A DNA stretch of 28,602 nt from a virus (taxonomy: Duplodnaviria; Caudoviricetes): IMG/VR virus record IMGVR_UViG_3300033067_002368, positions 1 to 28,602 of that record, one strand, 5' to 3'. This document shows, piece after piece, positions 1-9,088 of this stretch. A program made the translations under genes and the position numbers. A model generated the notes under the pieces. It ran no database searches. It had not been told where the DNA came from and worked only from the letters and a program-made list of their open reading frames with translations. Numbering within the stretch: the stretch's first letter is position 1; each line of letters opens with the position of its first letter.

Positions 1-59
1 TGCAGGAAGTAAAACCAATCTCAATTGTTTCGATTTAATTAATCAAGTAGTTGAACTAA

Positions 60-1328
60 AAAAACACGAATGCCCTTTCAAATGCTGGAATCGATTTTTC
101 ATTACAAAAAAACTATGGGGTTGAGTTTCCTTTACAAAATTTAAACATTAAAGACAAAGTTAAAAGAACCAATATTGAGAAATATGGAGTTGATAATCCG
201 TCCAAAAATGATAATATAAAACAAAAAATTAGTGAAAGTCATCTGTTGAAATTTGATAAAGGTTTAATGTTTGAAAAATTGTTAAAGCAAAATCTTCAAA
301 TAGTATCTCCATATATTGGTTTAAGAGATGGTACAATTTATTATTCATATAATTTTAAATGTCTAAATTGTAATAATGTATTTTCTGGAACATTTACAAA
401 TAATAGACCTCCTGTTTGTAGAACTTGTAACCCATTGTATAAAAACAACACTCACCAAATTGAATTTAGAAATTTTTTACTTAAAAATAATATAAATTTT
501 ACCGAAAACGATAAGCAAACAATTAAGCCATATGAGTTAGATTTTTATTTTCCGGATTATAATTTGGCTATTGAATTAAATGACAATTATTATCACTCTG
601 AAATTGGCGGAGGAAAAGATAAAAAATATCATATAAGAAAAACAAATTTATGTTTGATTAAAAACATTCAACTTCTTCATTTTTTTGAGGATGAAATCGT
701 TAATAAACAAGATATTATACAATCTATGATTTTATCTAAGACGGGTTTAACAAATAAAATTTTTGCAAGGAAATGTAAAGTTTTAAATGTTTCTTATAAT
801 GATAAAAAACAATTCTTAAATCAAAATCACATACAGGGAGATACAAAAGATTCCATAAGAATAGGATTATATGAAGATTCAAAATTGGTAGCTTTAATGA
901 CTTTTATTAAATTAAGAAAAACATTAGGCAATAAAGAAGAACAAGACTCAATGTTTGAGTTGGTTCGATTTTGTACAAAATTAAATTACACAGTAGTTGG
1001 TGGATTTTCTAAACTTTTATCAAATTTCATAAAATCATTTAATCCTGTTAAAATTGTAACTTTTTCTGATAATAGATCAAGTCATATTATACCGGAAAAA
1101 ACAGTATATTATAAAAATAACTTCATTTTTATTAATAAGATTCCTCCACGGTATTGGTACTTCAAGAAGGGTGAATATTTAAGAAGATACCATAGATTTC
1201 AATTTAATAAAAATAAATTGTTAAAACAATTAAATCGTCCCAATCTTACAGAGTGGGATATAGCTCAATTGCTTGGAATGGATCGTATTTGGGATTGTGG
1301 AAACTTAAAATTTGAGATGGTTTTATAA
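60..1328 (+). CDS. Hef-like homing endonuclease-type protein: KYGV repeats, CxxC..CxxC zinc ribbon, Vsr/DUF559-like PD-(D/E)xK nuclease, C-terminal GNAT/Mom-like domain; 5' end unresolved
   Basis: The track ORF 246..1328 starts at TTG, but the frame is open from 60 with no ATG and encodes NYGVEFPLQN..KRTNIEKYGVDNPSK repeats typical of phage endonucleases. Other motifs: CLNC..CRTC, ELDFYFPDYNLAIELN..YH, and IFARKC..FLNQNHIQG..ELVRF..GGFSKLL..RIWDCG. Confidence 0.8.
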   Translation, partial: KNTNALSNAGIDFSLQKNYGVEFPLQNLNIKDKVKRTNIEKYGVDNPSKNDNIKQKISESHLLKFDKGLMFEKLLKQNLQIVSPYIGLRDGTIYYSYNFKCLNCNNVFSGTFTNNRPPVCRTCNPLYKNNTHQIEFRNFLLKNNINFTENDKQTIKPYELDFYFPDYNLAIELNDNYYHSEIGGGKDKKYHIRKTNLCLIKNIQLLHFFEDEIVNKQDIIQSMILSKTGLTNKIFARKCKVLNVSYNDKKQFLNQNHIQGDTKDSIRIGLYEDSKLVALMTFIKLRKTLGNKEEQDSMFELVRFCTKLNYTVVGGFSKLLSNFIKSFNPVKIVTFSDNRSSHIIPEKTVYYKNNFIFINKIPPRYWYFKKGEYLRRYHRFQFNKNKLLKQLNRPNLTEWDIAQLLGMDRIWDCGNLKFEMVL

Positions 1329-1332
1329 AAAA

Positions 1333-1362
1333 TTGACTTTTTCAAATATTTTTTATTATTTT
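1333..1362 (+). promoter_or_regulatory. Possible sigma70-like promoter for the GIY-YIG gene
   Basis: TTGACT at 1333-1338 is followed by AT-rich -10 candidates (TATTAT 1354-1359, TATTTT 1357-1362) just before ATG 1368. Chance matches are likely in AT-rich DNA. Confidence 0.4.
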
Positions 1363-1367
1363 ATATA

Positions 1368-1715
1368 ATGAATTATGTTTATTTAATAGGAAATAAATCT
1401 GTTGGAATATATAAAATAGGTGCAACAAAATCTGTTGAAAAACGATTAAAAACCAATCAAACAAGTTGTCCATATGTACTTGAGGTAATTTGTTCTTTTC
1501 CTTCTGAATATGCTTATAAAATAGAAAAAGTTTTACATAAGGATTTTGCTTTTTTTAAAAAAGACGAAAATGATAATGATATTAGAGGAGAGTGGTTTGC
1601 TTTTTTTCAAGAACAAATTGATTCATTTATTAAAAAGTGCGAATTTTATCATAATAATTTTCAATATCTAAAAGATGCTAATAATCCTTTTTTTCATAAG
1701 GAATTAAAAAAATAA
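1368..1715 (+). CDS. T5orf172/MUG113-like GIY-YIG nuclease superfamily protein
   Basis: The pattern YVYLI..YKIG.T..VEKRL...QT..P..L....E..LH..F....GEWF is characteristic of T5orf172. Confidence 0.85.
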   Translation: MNYVYLIGNKSVGIYKIGATKSVEKRLKTNQTSCPYVLEVICSFPSEYAYKIEKVLHKDFAFFKKDENDNDIRGEWFAFFQEQIDSFIKKCEFYHNNFQYLKDANNPFFHKELKK

Positions 1716-1746
1716 TCGTTTAGATATAAATTTTTTTTTTCTGCTA

Positions 1747-1758
1747 TATTTATTTATA
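1747..1758 (+). promoter_or_regulatory. TATTTAT(A) candidate late promoter of the tail tube gene
   Basis: TATTTATTTATA lies about 25 nt upstream of ATG 1784, and the same motif recurs at other unit starts. Confidence 0.6.
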
Positions 1759-1783
1759 TAACAAAACAAAAACTTTATATAAA

Positions 1784-2275
1784 ATGGCAGTAATGATGTT
1801 TCGTCCGGTTCCTGTTGATCAAGAACCAAAATTAAAAAATCGCTTCGTACTTGAATTTCCAAGCGAAATAGGTATTGAATCTTATTTGGTTAAATCGGTA
1901 AAAAGACCATCAATGAAAATTGACAAAATTACAATTCCATATATGAATACTCAAAGTTATGTGGCTGGACGATATTATTTTGATGAAATGACAATTTCTT
2001 TCATTGAAGTACTTGGGCCTTCTACATCTCAAAAAATTATGGAATGGATACGTTTACATGCTGAGCCAGCAACTGGTAAAATGGGATATGCAGTTGGTTA
2101 TAAAAAGAACCTTGTTTTAAAATGTTTAGACCCGGTTGGTGTTGAAGTTGAAAAGTGGACTTTGGTTGGATGTCAAATTGTTTCTGCTGACTTTGATGAA
2201 AACTCTTATGAGGCAAATGAATTATTGACATGTACTATCACTATTCAGCCTGATAGATGTTTCCTTGACGCTTAA
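1784..2275 (+). CDS. Tail tube protein (T4 gp19-like)
   Basis: 163 aa with the gp19-family pattern EPKLKNRF..RPS..IPYMN....AGR..F..MTISF....MEWIRL...TG..GY..GYKK...L..LDP.G..VEKWTL.G. Confidence 0.92.
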   Translation: MAVMMFRPVPVDQEPKLKNRFVLEFPSEIGIESYLVKSVKRPSMKIDKITIPYMNTQSYVAGRYYFDEMTISFIEVLGPSTSQKIMEWIRLHAEPATGKMGYAVGYKKNLVLKCLDPVGVEVEKWTLVGCQIVSADFDENSYEANELLTCTITIQPDRCFLDA

Positions 2276-2297
2276 TTTATTTTTGAAATACTTTTTT

Positions 2298-2336
2298 AAA
2301 AGAGATGATAGTTTTTATCATCTCTTTTTGTTTTTT
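2298..2336 (+). terminator. Intrinsic terminator after the tail tube gene
   Basis: Perfect 13-bp stem AAAAGAGATGATA (2298-2310), loop GTTTT, TATCATCTCTTTT (2316-2328), followed by a T-rich tract. Confidence 0.85.
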
Positions 2337-2360
2337 ATGATTAAATATCTTTTTTAAATG

Positions 2361-2372
2361 TATTTATTTATA
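2361..2372 (+). promoter_or_regulatory. TATTTAT(A) candidate late promoter of the fibre operon
   Basis: TATTTATTTATA lies 11 nt upstream of ATG 2384, directly after the terminator, and is the same 12-mer as 1747-1758. Confidence 0.6.
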
Positions 2373-2383
2373 ATACTATTTCA

Positions 2384-2794
2384 ATGTCAACATTTAGATT
2401 ATACAGAAAAGTTTATAGAGTAAATTATAATTCAGGAACACCGATTTATACATTGGTAAATCCTGTTTCAATTAGTGCATCTGTATACTTATCAAATACA
2501 ATAGTTGAATCAGTTAGTGTCGTCAATGATTCTACTGGAGTGTATTATGTTGAATTAACCCCTTCTTTATATACGAATCCTAATATTTATGAATTGAGAT
2601 GGACGATTCAATATACATCTGATTCTGCTTCATCTAAAACATTACAAACTATGTTTATGTATGAACCAGCAAATGTTGACAATAGAAAGTTGTATGTATT
2701 TGGAGAAATTAGTTATGAATTAGAAGATAGTGCCATTTCATTTGAAGTTCAAGAGCAGACAGAAATTATAACAGAAGTAATAAATAATCAGTAA
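2384..2794 (+). CDS. Hypothetical virion protein, probable Ig-like beta-sandwich
   Basis: 136 aa, beta-strand rich, TGVYYVEL..YELRW motif, first gene of the fibre operon. Confidence 0.6.
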   Translation: MSTFRLYRKVYRVNYNSGTPIYTLVNPVSISASVYLSNTIVESVSVVNDSTGVYYVELTPSLYTNPNIYELRWTIQYTSDSASSKTLQTMFMYEPANVDNRKLYVFGEISYELEDSAISFEVQEQTEIITEVINNQ

Positions 2795-2795
2795 C

Positions 2796-3152
2796 ATGAA
2801 TCCAGTTAAACCCTTTATAATAAAAAGAAACGATACTTTTCCAAGTCTTAGTATAAATGTTAAGACAAGAGGAGAGTTTAATCAAATTATTCCTTATAAT
2901 TTAAGTGCTGTTACTGCTTGTACTTTTTCTATGTCTGATAATTCTGGTAATTTAAAAGTATCTTCTGCTTCGGCCACAATACTTGTTGCAAGTGCAGGTA
3001 CAATTCAGTATACCTGGACAACAGAGGATACCGATACCTCTGGTAAATTTACCGGAGAATTTGAATTATTGTTTTCAGGAGGAAACATTATGTCTATTCC
3101 TAATTTGGGATATATTAACATTGAAATAATAGATGATATAAACGATAAGTAA
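2796..3152 (+). CDS. BppU N-terminal-like baseplate/fibre adaptor protein
   Basis: The pattern FIIKRNDT.P.L....NL....TF.M....G.IQY.W...DT...G.F.GEF.L.F..G....P..GYI.I.I.DDI matches BppU-type domains. Confidence 0.75.
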   Translation: MNPVKPFIIKRNDTFPSLSINVKTRGEFNQIIPYNLSAVTACTFSMSDNSGNLKVSSASATILVASAGTIQYTWTTEDTDTSGKFTGEFELLFSGGNIMSIPNLGYINIEIIDDINDK

Positions 3153-6100
3153 TGGGATTATATATTTTACCTAATAACCAAAATTTTTTATCGCTTTCAG
3201 GAGGAACTGTTAGTGGAGGTACTTTATTTTCTAATTCTTTATCGGCTGTAACATACTATTCTGGATCAACTCCATTAGAACAAATAATAACCAGCATAGC
3301 AATTCAAAATTCTGGTAGTAGTTATACTTTTTCAGCAGGAACAAACCTATTATTATTAACATCTTCTACTTATCCAAATATTTTTTATTCTTTAGTTGAA
3401 AATCCATCTGTAGACTCAATATTAGTAAATACATTAAGTGGTGCAACTCTGTACTCAGGTTCAACAAATTTGTATAATATTTTTTCTCCTTTAAATTCTG
3501 TTGTGCAAACATCTGTTCAATCGGGATTAAATACATATACTGGAGGAACACCGACAACCCCAACAGTGAACGTTTCAGCATTAACGATAAATACATTAAC
3601 AGCAAGCGGAGACACTTCTTTATCTAATACAACAGCACAAACACTGACTGTTAATTATGTAGATTTAGTAACGGGTTTATCAAATCCTTCTTTAAAAAAA
3701 GGAAGAATATTTTTTGATGAATCAAAGGAGTCTATAAATTATTATCCCAATGAAAATCCTGATATTCAAATACAGTTAGGAAGACAACTATATAGTCGTG
3801 TTATAAATAATACCGGTTCTTTAATTGAAAAGGGAAGTGCCGTTAAAATCCAATCATCAAGTGGTTCAACGCCATTAATTGCAAAAGCAATTTCCTCATC
3901 AATTTATAGCGATCAAGTTATTGGTTTGGCAGCACATGATATAAATAATCAATCTGTTGGATTTATTATTAAGAGTGGCGAGTTGGGTGGTCTTAATTTG
4001 TCTTCTTATACAATTGGTGATATTATTTATTTATCTGATGTAACAGCTGGTGGCTTTGTTGCAAATGTTTCTTCTTTATCATTTATCGCAAGAACAAATC
4101 AAATAGGATATGTTATAAATAATAGTTATTCTGCTGGAACAATTTTTGTTAATATTAACAATGAGGATATAAATTTAAATATTACAAATCGAGAAAGAAA
4201 TGTATTGGAAGGAAATGTTATTTCTACTGGAGTTTATGAGTTTACTGGAATTACAAAGACATCTAATACTACTTTTAATATATCTCCTGCAAAAGGTTGG
4301 ATTGTAAAAAATACTTATAATTATTCTACATTACCAGATGTTATAAATGTTGTTTACTCTGGTGCTACAAATCAAACAACGCCTTATTTAAATTCTGCTG
4401 ATTCTACTTATGTTTTATTAACGAGTTCTGCAACAATATCTATGCAAAGTACTTTTCCTTCTCCGCAAGAAAGAAGGCAAAATATTTTTTTAGGCAAAAT
4501 TGTACATCCAGATAGAAATGTAATTTTAAATGTAAATAATACAACAGATTTTGATGTTTCACCAATGTCTGCAATTCGTGATTTGTGGACACCTTTAAAA
4601 TTAATCAATCAAGGAATTAACATTACAGCAAATGGCTCAAATTTAAACATAAATAATTCTTCAGGAACATTATGGGGTAATGGTATTGGTTGGTATACTA
4701 ATCAATTGAATCCAGATAGTGTTACAATTTCTGCAAATACGCCAATAACATTTCAGTATAGAACACAATTAGGCCCAATTACAGGATCAACAGGACCAAC
4801 AGGAAATACAACAATAATTGATGTTGATAATTATGATAATGGCGGTGTCGTAACAGCAATTGGTGGAGGGTCAAATTCATCAACAAATCAAAGGGTTTAT
4901 TTGTTTCCAACCGGATTAATTAGAATACAGTATGGTCAACATGTTTATGGTACACTTGCTGAAGCGGTTGCTGCAGTCCAAACAGAGCAATTTGTTGAAT
5001 ATAATAATAATAGAGATAATGGCATATTAATTGGTATTTTGTCAATTAAAAAAGGAGTTTCAACATTAAATGATATAACTCATGCAGTATTTAATTATGT
5101 ATCTAAATTCGGTGAAGCTTTAGGCGGAAGTGCAGGAATATCTACAACAACATTACAGCAGGCTTATGAAAATTCTACAACACCTGAAATTGTTATAAAT
5201 TCATCATTGGATGGTTTATCAATTAAGAATGGTACAGGGAACCAAGATGCCTCAACAAGATTATTGGAGGGTCAAAATGCTGTAGGAATTGTAACATCTT
5301 ATATTCTTGCTGATGGTGGAATATCTGGCAATTCTATATCTGCCAATACGATTCAGTCAAATTCATTGGCCGGTAGCGGAACTCAAATGGTTGTTGTGGA
5401 TAATAGCGGTGTTCTTTCTAAGCAAACTATACCATCTGCTGGGCAAAGTACGGTTATTAGAAATGGATTAAACACTTATACTGCTGGAACTGCATCTGAT
5501 TATACCATTAATGTTTCAGCACTAACGATAAATACTTTAATTGTAAGTGGAAATTCTGTATTTACAGGAACATTATCTGGGGGTTCGTCATTCTCAGCAA
5601 ATACTTTATATTCTGGTTCAACGAATTTAAATTCAATTTTTTCACAGATTGGACATACACATCAATTTAGCGCAATATTAAATACTGCCCACACACATTC
5701 TGTGAGTGAGATTACTAATTTAAGTTCACTGCTTGATACGAAGTTAAATCTTTCAGGCGGGACAATGACCGGTGGTCTAACCACAACTTCGTTAAGTGCA
5801 ACGACAATAAGTGGCGGAACTTTATATTCTGGTTCAACGAATTTAAATTCAATTTTTGTCACTTCTGCTACCACTTTATCTGTTGGTGAAAAAATTTTTA
5901 AACAAAAAAATGGTTCAATTTTAGAATTTAAAGGAATTTATGGTATAGGAGGAACAGTTGTTACGAGTTCTGCTAATTATATTAATATTACTTCACCAAC
6001 AATACCAAGTAGTGCATATTTATTTGTTGCTGGATCAGTTCCAACTTCTGTTATACAAAATACTTTAACAAACAGCGCATCAGGAGCATACGCTTTTGCT

Positions 6101-9088
6101 TTTGGTAGATCAAATTCTGTTAGTGGTTATTATTCTTTTGCTTTTGGTAGATCAAATAATTCTCTATCTAATTTTACATTTTTAAATGGAAGAAAAAATT
6201 ATATTACAACTGGCTCCGAATATGGTATTATATTAAATGGTAATGGATTAAGAATTCAGGGTACTAATTCTGATAATTATAATACTTTAATTAATGGTAA
6301 AACAAATTTAATTAATGATGGAAAATTTAGTCAAATACACAACGGTCTTCAAAATAATATATATGGTTTTTTACCAACAAATAAAAGTTATTATTCATCT
6401 ATTTTAAATGGTTATTCTAATGTAATTTATAACAATAAACATTCGTTCGTTTTAAGTGGATTTAGAAATAAATTATCAAATGTTAGTTACGCTACTCAAC
6501 AAAATTATAACATAGTATTAAATGGTTCAGGTAATAACATAAAAAAAGGAAATTTTTCTTCTATCCATAATGGTAAAAATAATTTAATTATATCTTATAA
6601 TGGGGGTACTTATTATAATTTTTTAACCATATTAGGCGGCTATCAAAACAAAATTCAAGGCAATTCTAAAAACAGTCAAATTTTAGGTGGTTATAATAAT
6701 ACTGTTACTGCAAATTATTCAGTAATTGTAAATGGTCAAAATTATAGTTTATCAGAAGACAATACAGTTCTGGTTTCAAAATTAAAAATTGGAAATTTAC
6801 CTTCTGCAGGAGGTTCATACATGCTTGTTGCAAGTGCAGCAGGAAATGTTTATAAGACTACTTTACCAAGTGGAGGTCCCGGAGGTACATCAACTTCAGT
6901 TCAACCAGGACTAAATACATACACTGGAGGAACATCAACAAATCCAACAGTGAATGTTTCAGCGTTAACGATAAACACATTAACAGCAAGTGGGAATTCT
7001 GTGTTTACAGGAACACTTTCAGGTGGAAGTTCATTCTCTGCAAATACTTTATACTCTGGAACAACGAATTTAAATTCAATTTTTTCACAGATTGGACATA
7101 CGCACCAGTTTAGTGCAATATTAAACACTGCACATACACATTCTGTAAGTGAAGTTACTAATTTAAGTTCACTGCTTGATACGAAGTTAAATTTATCAGG
7201 CGGAACAATGACCGGTGGTCTAACCACAACTTCATTAAGTGCAACAACAATGAGTGGTGGAACATTATATTCAGGTTCAACAAATTTAGGAAATTTATTT
7301 GCAACTCCTTCTTATGTTCAAAGTTTACAAACAACAGTTAGATCAGGAACAAACACTTATACTGGCGGAACATCGACAAATCCAACTGTGAATGTTTCAG
7401 CGTTAACGATAAATACGTTAACTGCAAGCGGAAATTCTATATTTACCGGAACACTTTCTGGAGGAAGTTCGTTTTCAGCAAGTACTTTATATTCCGGTTC
7501 AACGAATCTAAGTAATTTATTTGTTATAACAGCATCTACTTTAAATAGTGGTGGTGCAAAAATTTTCTATGATAAAAATGGTAGTACATTAAGATTTAAA
7601 CCAATTTACGCAACAGGTTCTTATACTTCTGTTTCTGATACTGGTACTGGGATTACAATTAGTACATCTGTTCCTACTTCAATTACTCCTTGGTTAAAAG
7701 GAACAGCATCATCTTCTATTAAAGGTAGATATGGATCAACTATAGCTTATGGTAATTATAATTTATCTTTTGGAAAAACATCCAGTTCTCATGGTTCTTA
7801 TAATATAGTCCTTGGTAGCTATGGTTCTATTCGTGGATCATCATATTGGAACTCTGTTATAAGTTCAAAAAATTCTATTATCTATGAATCAATACAATAT
7901 TCAACAATTGTTGGAAGTAAAAATTCATTTATACTTAATGGTACATCTAACTCTTCTATTTTTTCAAGTTTTAATTCTAAAATTTATTCTAATTCTAATT
8001 ATTCGGTTATTTTAAATTCCGCATCATCAAATGTAAAAACAGGGAATACAAATGTTTCTTTAATATCTACTAAGGATTCTAATATTACTTATGCATCAAA
8101 TTCAGATATAATAAATGGTCAATATAATATAATTCTCGGAAGAACTGGTTATTTTTCATATTTTTCTCAAATTTTATCTGGTACAGAAAATAAAATTTAT
8201 TCAGGAACAAAAAATTCTACAATTTTAAATGGGAAAAAAAATAGAATTAATACAACTATAGGAAGAACAATAAAATATTCAGCAATAATATCAGGTTATC
8301 AAAACATAATTCAACAAGGTGCTGATTATTCTGTTGTTGTAGGTGGTCAATTTAATCAAACATCTTCTCAAAATTCATTTATAGGAGGAGGCAGAACAAA
8401 TCATGTTTATAATTCAGAAAGTTCTTCTATTGTTGGTGGTTTTTCTAATACAGTTATTTCATTAATTCCAACTCAAAGATTTAATTCAATATTAGGAGGA
8501 AATGTTAATTATATATCAAATTCATATAATTCATCTATAGTCGGTGGATATAATCATTCAATAATTAGTAGCTCAAATGTAATAATATTGGGTGGTTATA
8601 ATTATAGTGTAAATGGATTAACAAATGTTGCTATTTTACCAAAAGTCCAAATTAGAAATGCTACAATTTTATCTTATCCAAATATTCAACATGGATTAAA
8701 TATTGATTCTAATGGAAATATATACAAAACCCCATTAAGTTCTATTACTACAAATAATTTAAGTGCAGTAACTGTTTCTGCAACAACTTTTTATTCTGGT
8801 TCTACAAATTTAAGTTCTATATTACAAGTTAAAAATGGAATTTTATTACAAAAGGCTGGATTGGTTTCTGGCTCTACATTTGCTGGATCACCATTAACTG
8901 CTACAATTAATTTTTCTAATTCTTTTTCTGTTAATAATTATGTAATAACAATAACAGGAGAAGATGCAAGAATGTGGTCGATTCAATCTAAAACAATAAG
9001 TGGTTTTACAATTAATTCAAATTCAAGTGTTGCTATATCAGGAAATGTATTTTGGATGGCTTCAGAAAATGGGGAGGGATATAAATAA
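3152..9088 (+). CDS. Giant modular fibre protein: S/T/G-rich shaft repeats with HxH motifs, two YadA-like/beta-roll repeat regions, C-terminal H-lectin/gp53-like domain
   Basis: 1978 aa with repeated YSGSTNL, GLNTYTGGT and HTHQF..HTHS modules and 14-16-aa S.I.GG..N.I repeats. The C-terminus reads INFSNSF..NYVITIT..KTISGFTI..VFWMA. TAATG coupling at both ends. Confidence 0.8.
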   Translation: MGLYILPNNQNFLSLSGGTVSGGTLFSNSLSAVTYYSGSTPLEQIITSIAIQNSGSSYTFSAGTNLLLLTSSTYPNIFYSLVENPSVDSILVNTLSGATLYSGSTNLYNIFSPLNSVVQTSVQSGLNTYTGGTPTTPTVNVSALTINTLTASGDTSLSNTTAQTLTVNYVDLVTGLSNPSLKKGRIFFDESKESINYYPNENPDIQIQLGRQLYSRVINNTGSLIEKGSAVKIQSSSGSTPLIAKAISSSIYSDQVIGLAAHDINNQSVGFIIKSGELGGLNLSSYTIGDIIYLSDVTAGGFVANVSSLSFIARTNQIGYVINNSYSAGTIFVNINNEDINLNITNRERNVLEGNVISTGVYEFTGITKTSNTTFNISPAKGWIVKNTYNYSTLPDVINVVYSGATNQTTPYLNSADSTYVLLTSSATISMQSTFPSPQERRQNIFLGKIVHPDRNVILNVNNTTDFDVSPMSAIRDLWTPLKLINQGINITANGSNLNINNSSGTLWGNGIGWYTNQLNPDSVTISANTPITFQYRTQLGPITGSTGPTGNTTIIDVDNYDNGGVVTAIGGGSNSSTNQRVYLFPTGLIRIQYGQHVYGTLAEAVAAVQTEQFVEYNNNRDNGILIGILSIKKGVSTLNDITHAVFNYVSKFGEALGGSAGISTTTLQQAYENSTTPEIVINSSLDGLSIKNGTGNQDASTRLLEGQNAVGIVTSYILADGGISGNSISANTIQSNSLAGSGTQMVVVDNSGVLSKQTIPSAGQSTVIRNGLNTYTAGTASDYTINVSALTINTLIVSGNSVFTGTLSGGSSFSANTLYSGSTNLNSIFSQIGHTHQFSAILNTAHTHSVSEITNLSSLLDTKLNLSGGTMTGGLTTTSLSATTISGGTLYSGSTNLNSIFVTSATTLSVGEKIFKQKNGSILEFKGIYGIGGTVVTSSANYINITSPTIPSSAYLFVAGSVPTSVIQNTLTNSASGAYAFAFGRSNSVSGYYSFAFGRSNNSLSNFTFLNGRKNYITTGSEYGIILNGNGLRIQGTNSDNYNTLINGKTNLINDGKFSQIHNGLQNNIYGFLPTNKSYYSSILNGYSNVIYNNKHSFVLSGFRNKLSNVSYATQQNYNIVLNGSGNNIKKGNFSSIHNGKNNLIISYNGGTYYNFLTILGGYQNKIQGNSKNSQILGGYNNTVTANYSVIVNGQNYSLSEDNTVLVSKLKIGNLPSAGGSYMLVASAAGNVYKTTLPSGGPGGTSTSVQPGLNTYTGGTSTNPTVNVSALTINTLTASGNSVFTGTLSGGSSFSANTLYSGTTNLNSIFSQIGHTHQFSAILNTAHTHSVSEVTNLSSLLDTKLNLSGGTMTGGLTTTSLSATTMSGGTLYSGSTNLGNLFATPSYVQSLQTTVRSGTNTYTGGTSTNPTVNVSALTINTLTASGNSIFTGTLSGGSSFSASTLYSGSTNLSNLFVITASTLNSGGAKIFYDKNGSTLRFKPIYATGSYTSVSDTGTGITISTSVPTSITPWLKGTASSSIKGRYGSTIAYGNYNLSFGKTSSSHGSYNIVLGSYGSIRGSSYWNSVISSKNSIIYESIQYSTIVGSKNSFILNGTSNSSIFSSFNSKIYSNSNYSVILNSASSNVKTGNTNVSLISTKDSNITYASNSDIINGQYNIILGRTGYFSYFSQILSGTENKIYSGTKNSTILNGKKNRINTTIGRTIKYSAIISGYQNIIQQGADYSVVVGGQFNQTSSQNSFIGGGRTNHVYNSESSSIVGGFSNTVISLIPTQRFNSILGGNVNYISNSYNSSIVGGYNHSIISSSNVIILGGYNYSVNGLTNVAILPKVQIRNATILSYPNIQHGLNIDSNGNIYKTPLSSITTNNLSAVTVSATTFYSGSTNLSSILQVKNGILLQKAGLVSGSTFAGSPLTATINFSNSFSVNNYVITITGEDARMWSIQSKTISGFTINSNSSVAISGNVFWMASENGEGYK
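5510..5858 (+). repeat. Fibre shaft module, copy 1 (about 345 bp)
   Basis: Aligns without gaps to 6953 (offset 1443) and 9640 (offset 4130). 5597-5667 is identical to 9727-9797. Confidence 0.95.
6093..6157 (+). repeat. 23-nt direct repeat with 42-nt period, encoding a 14-aa YadA-head-like (Hep/Hag) repeat
   Basis: CTTTTGCTTTTGGTAGATCAAAT at 6093-6115 and 6135-6157 encodes AFAFGRSN..SFAFGRSN. Confidence 0.85.
6953..7288 (+). repeat. Fibre shaft module, copy 2
   Basis: Same NVSALTINTL..GHTHQFSAILNTAHTHSVSE..LDTKLNLSGGTMTGG..YSGSTNL module, with mostly synonymous differences. Confidence 0.95.

Noticed and set aside
6093-6157. Mini CRISPR-like repeat-spacer-repeat
   Set aside because: There are only two copies with a 19-nt spacer, and the in-frame 14-codon period matches a protein repeat.
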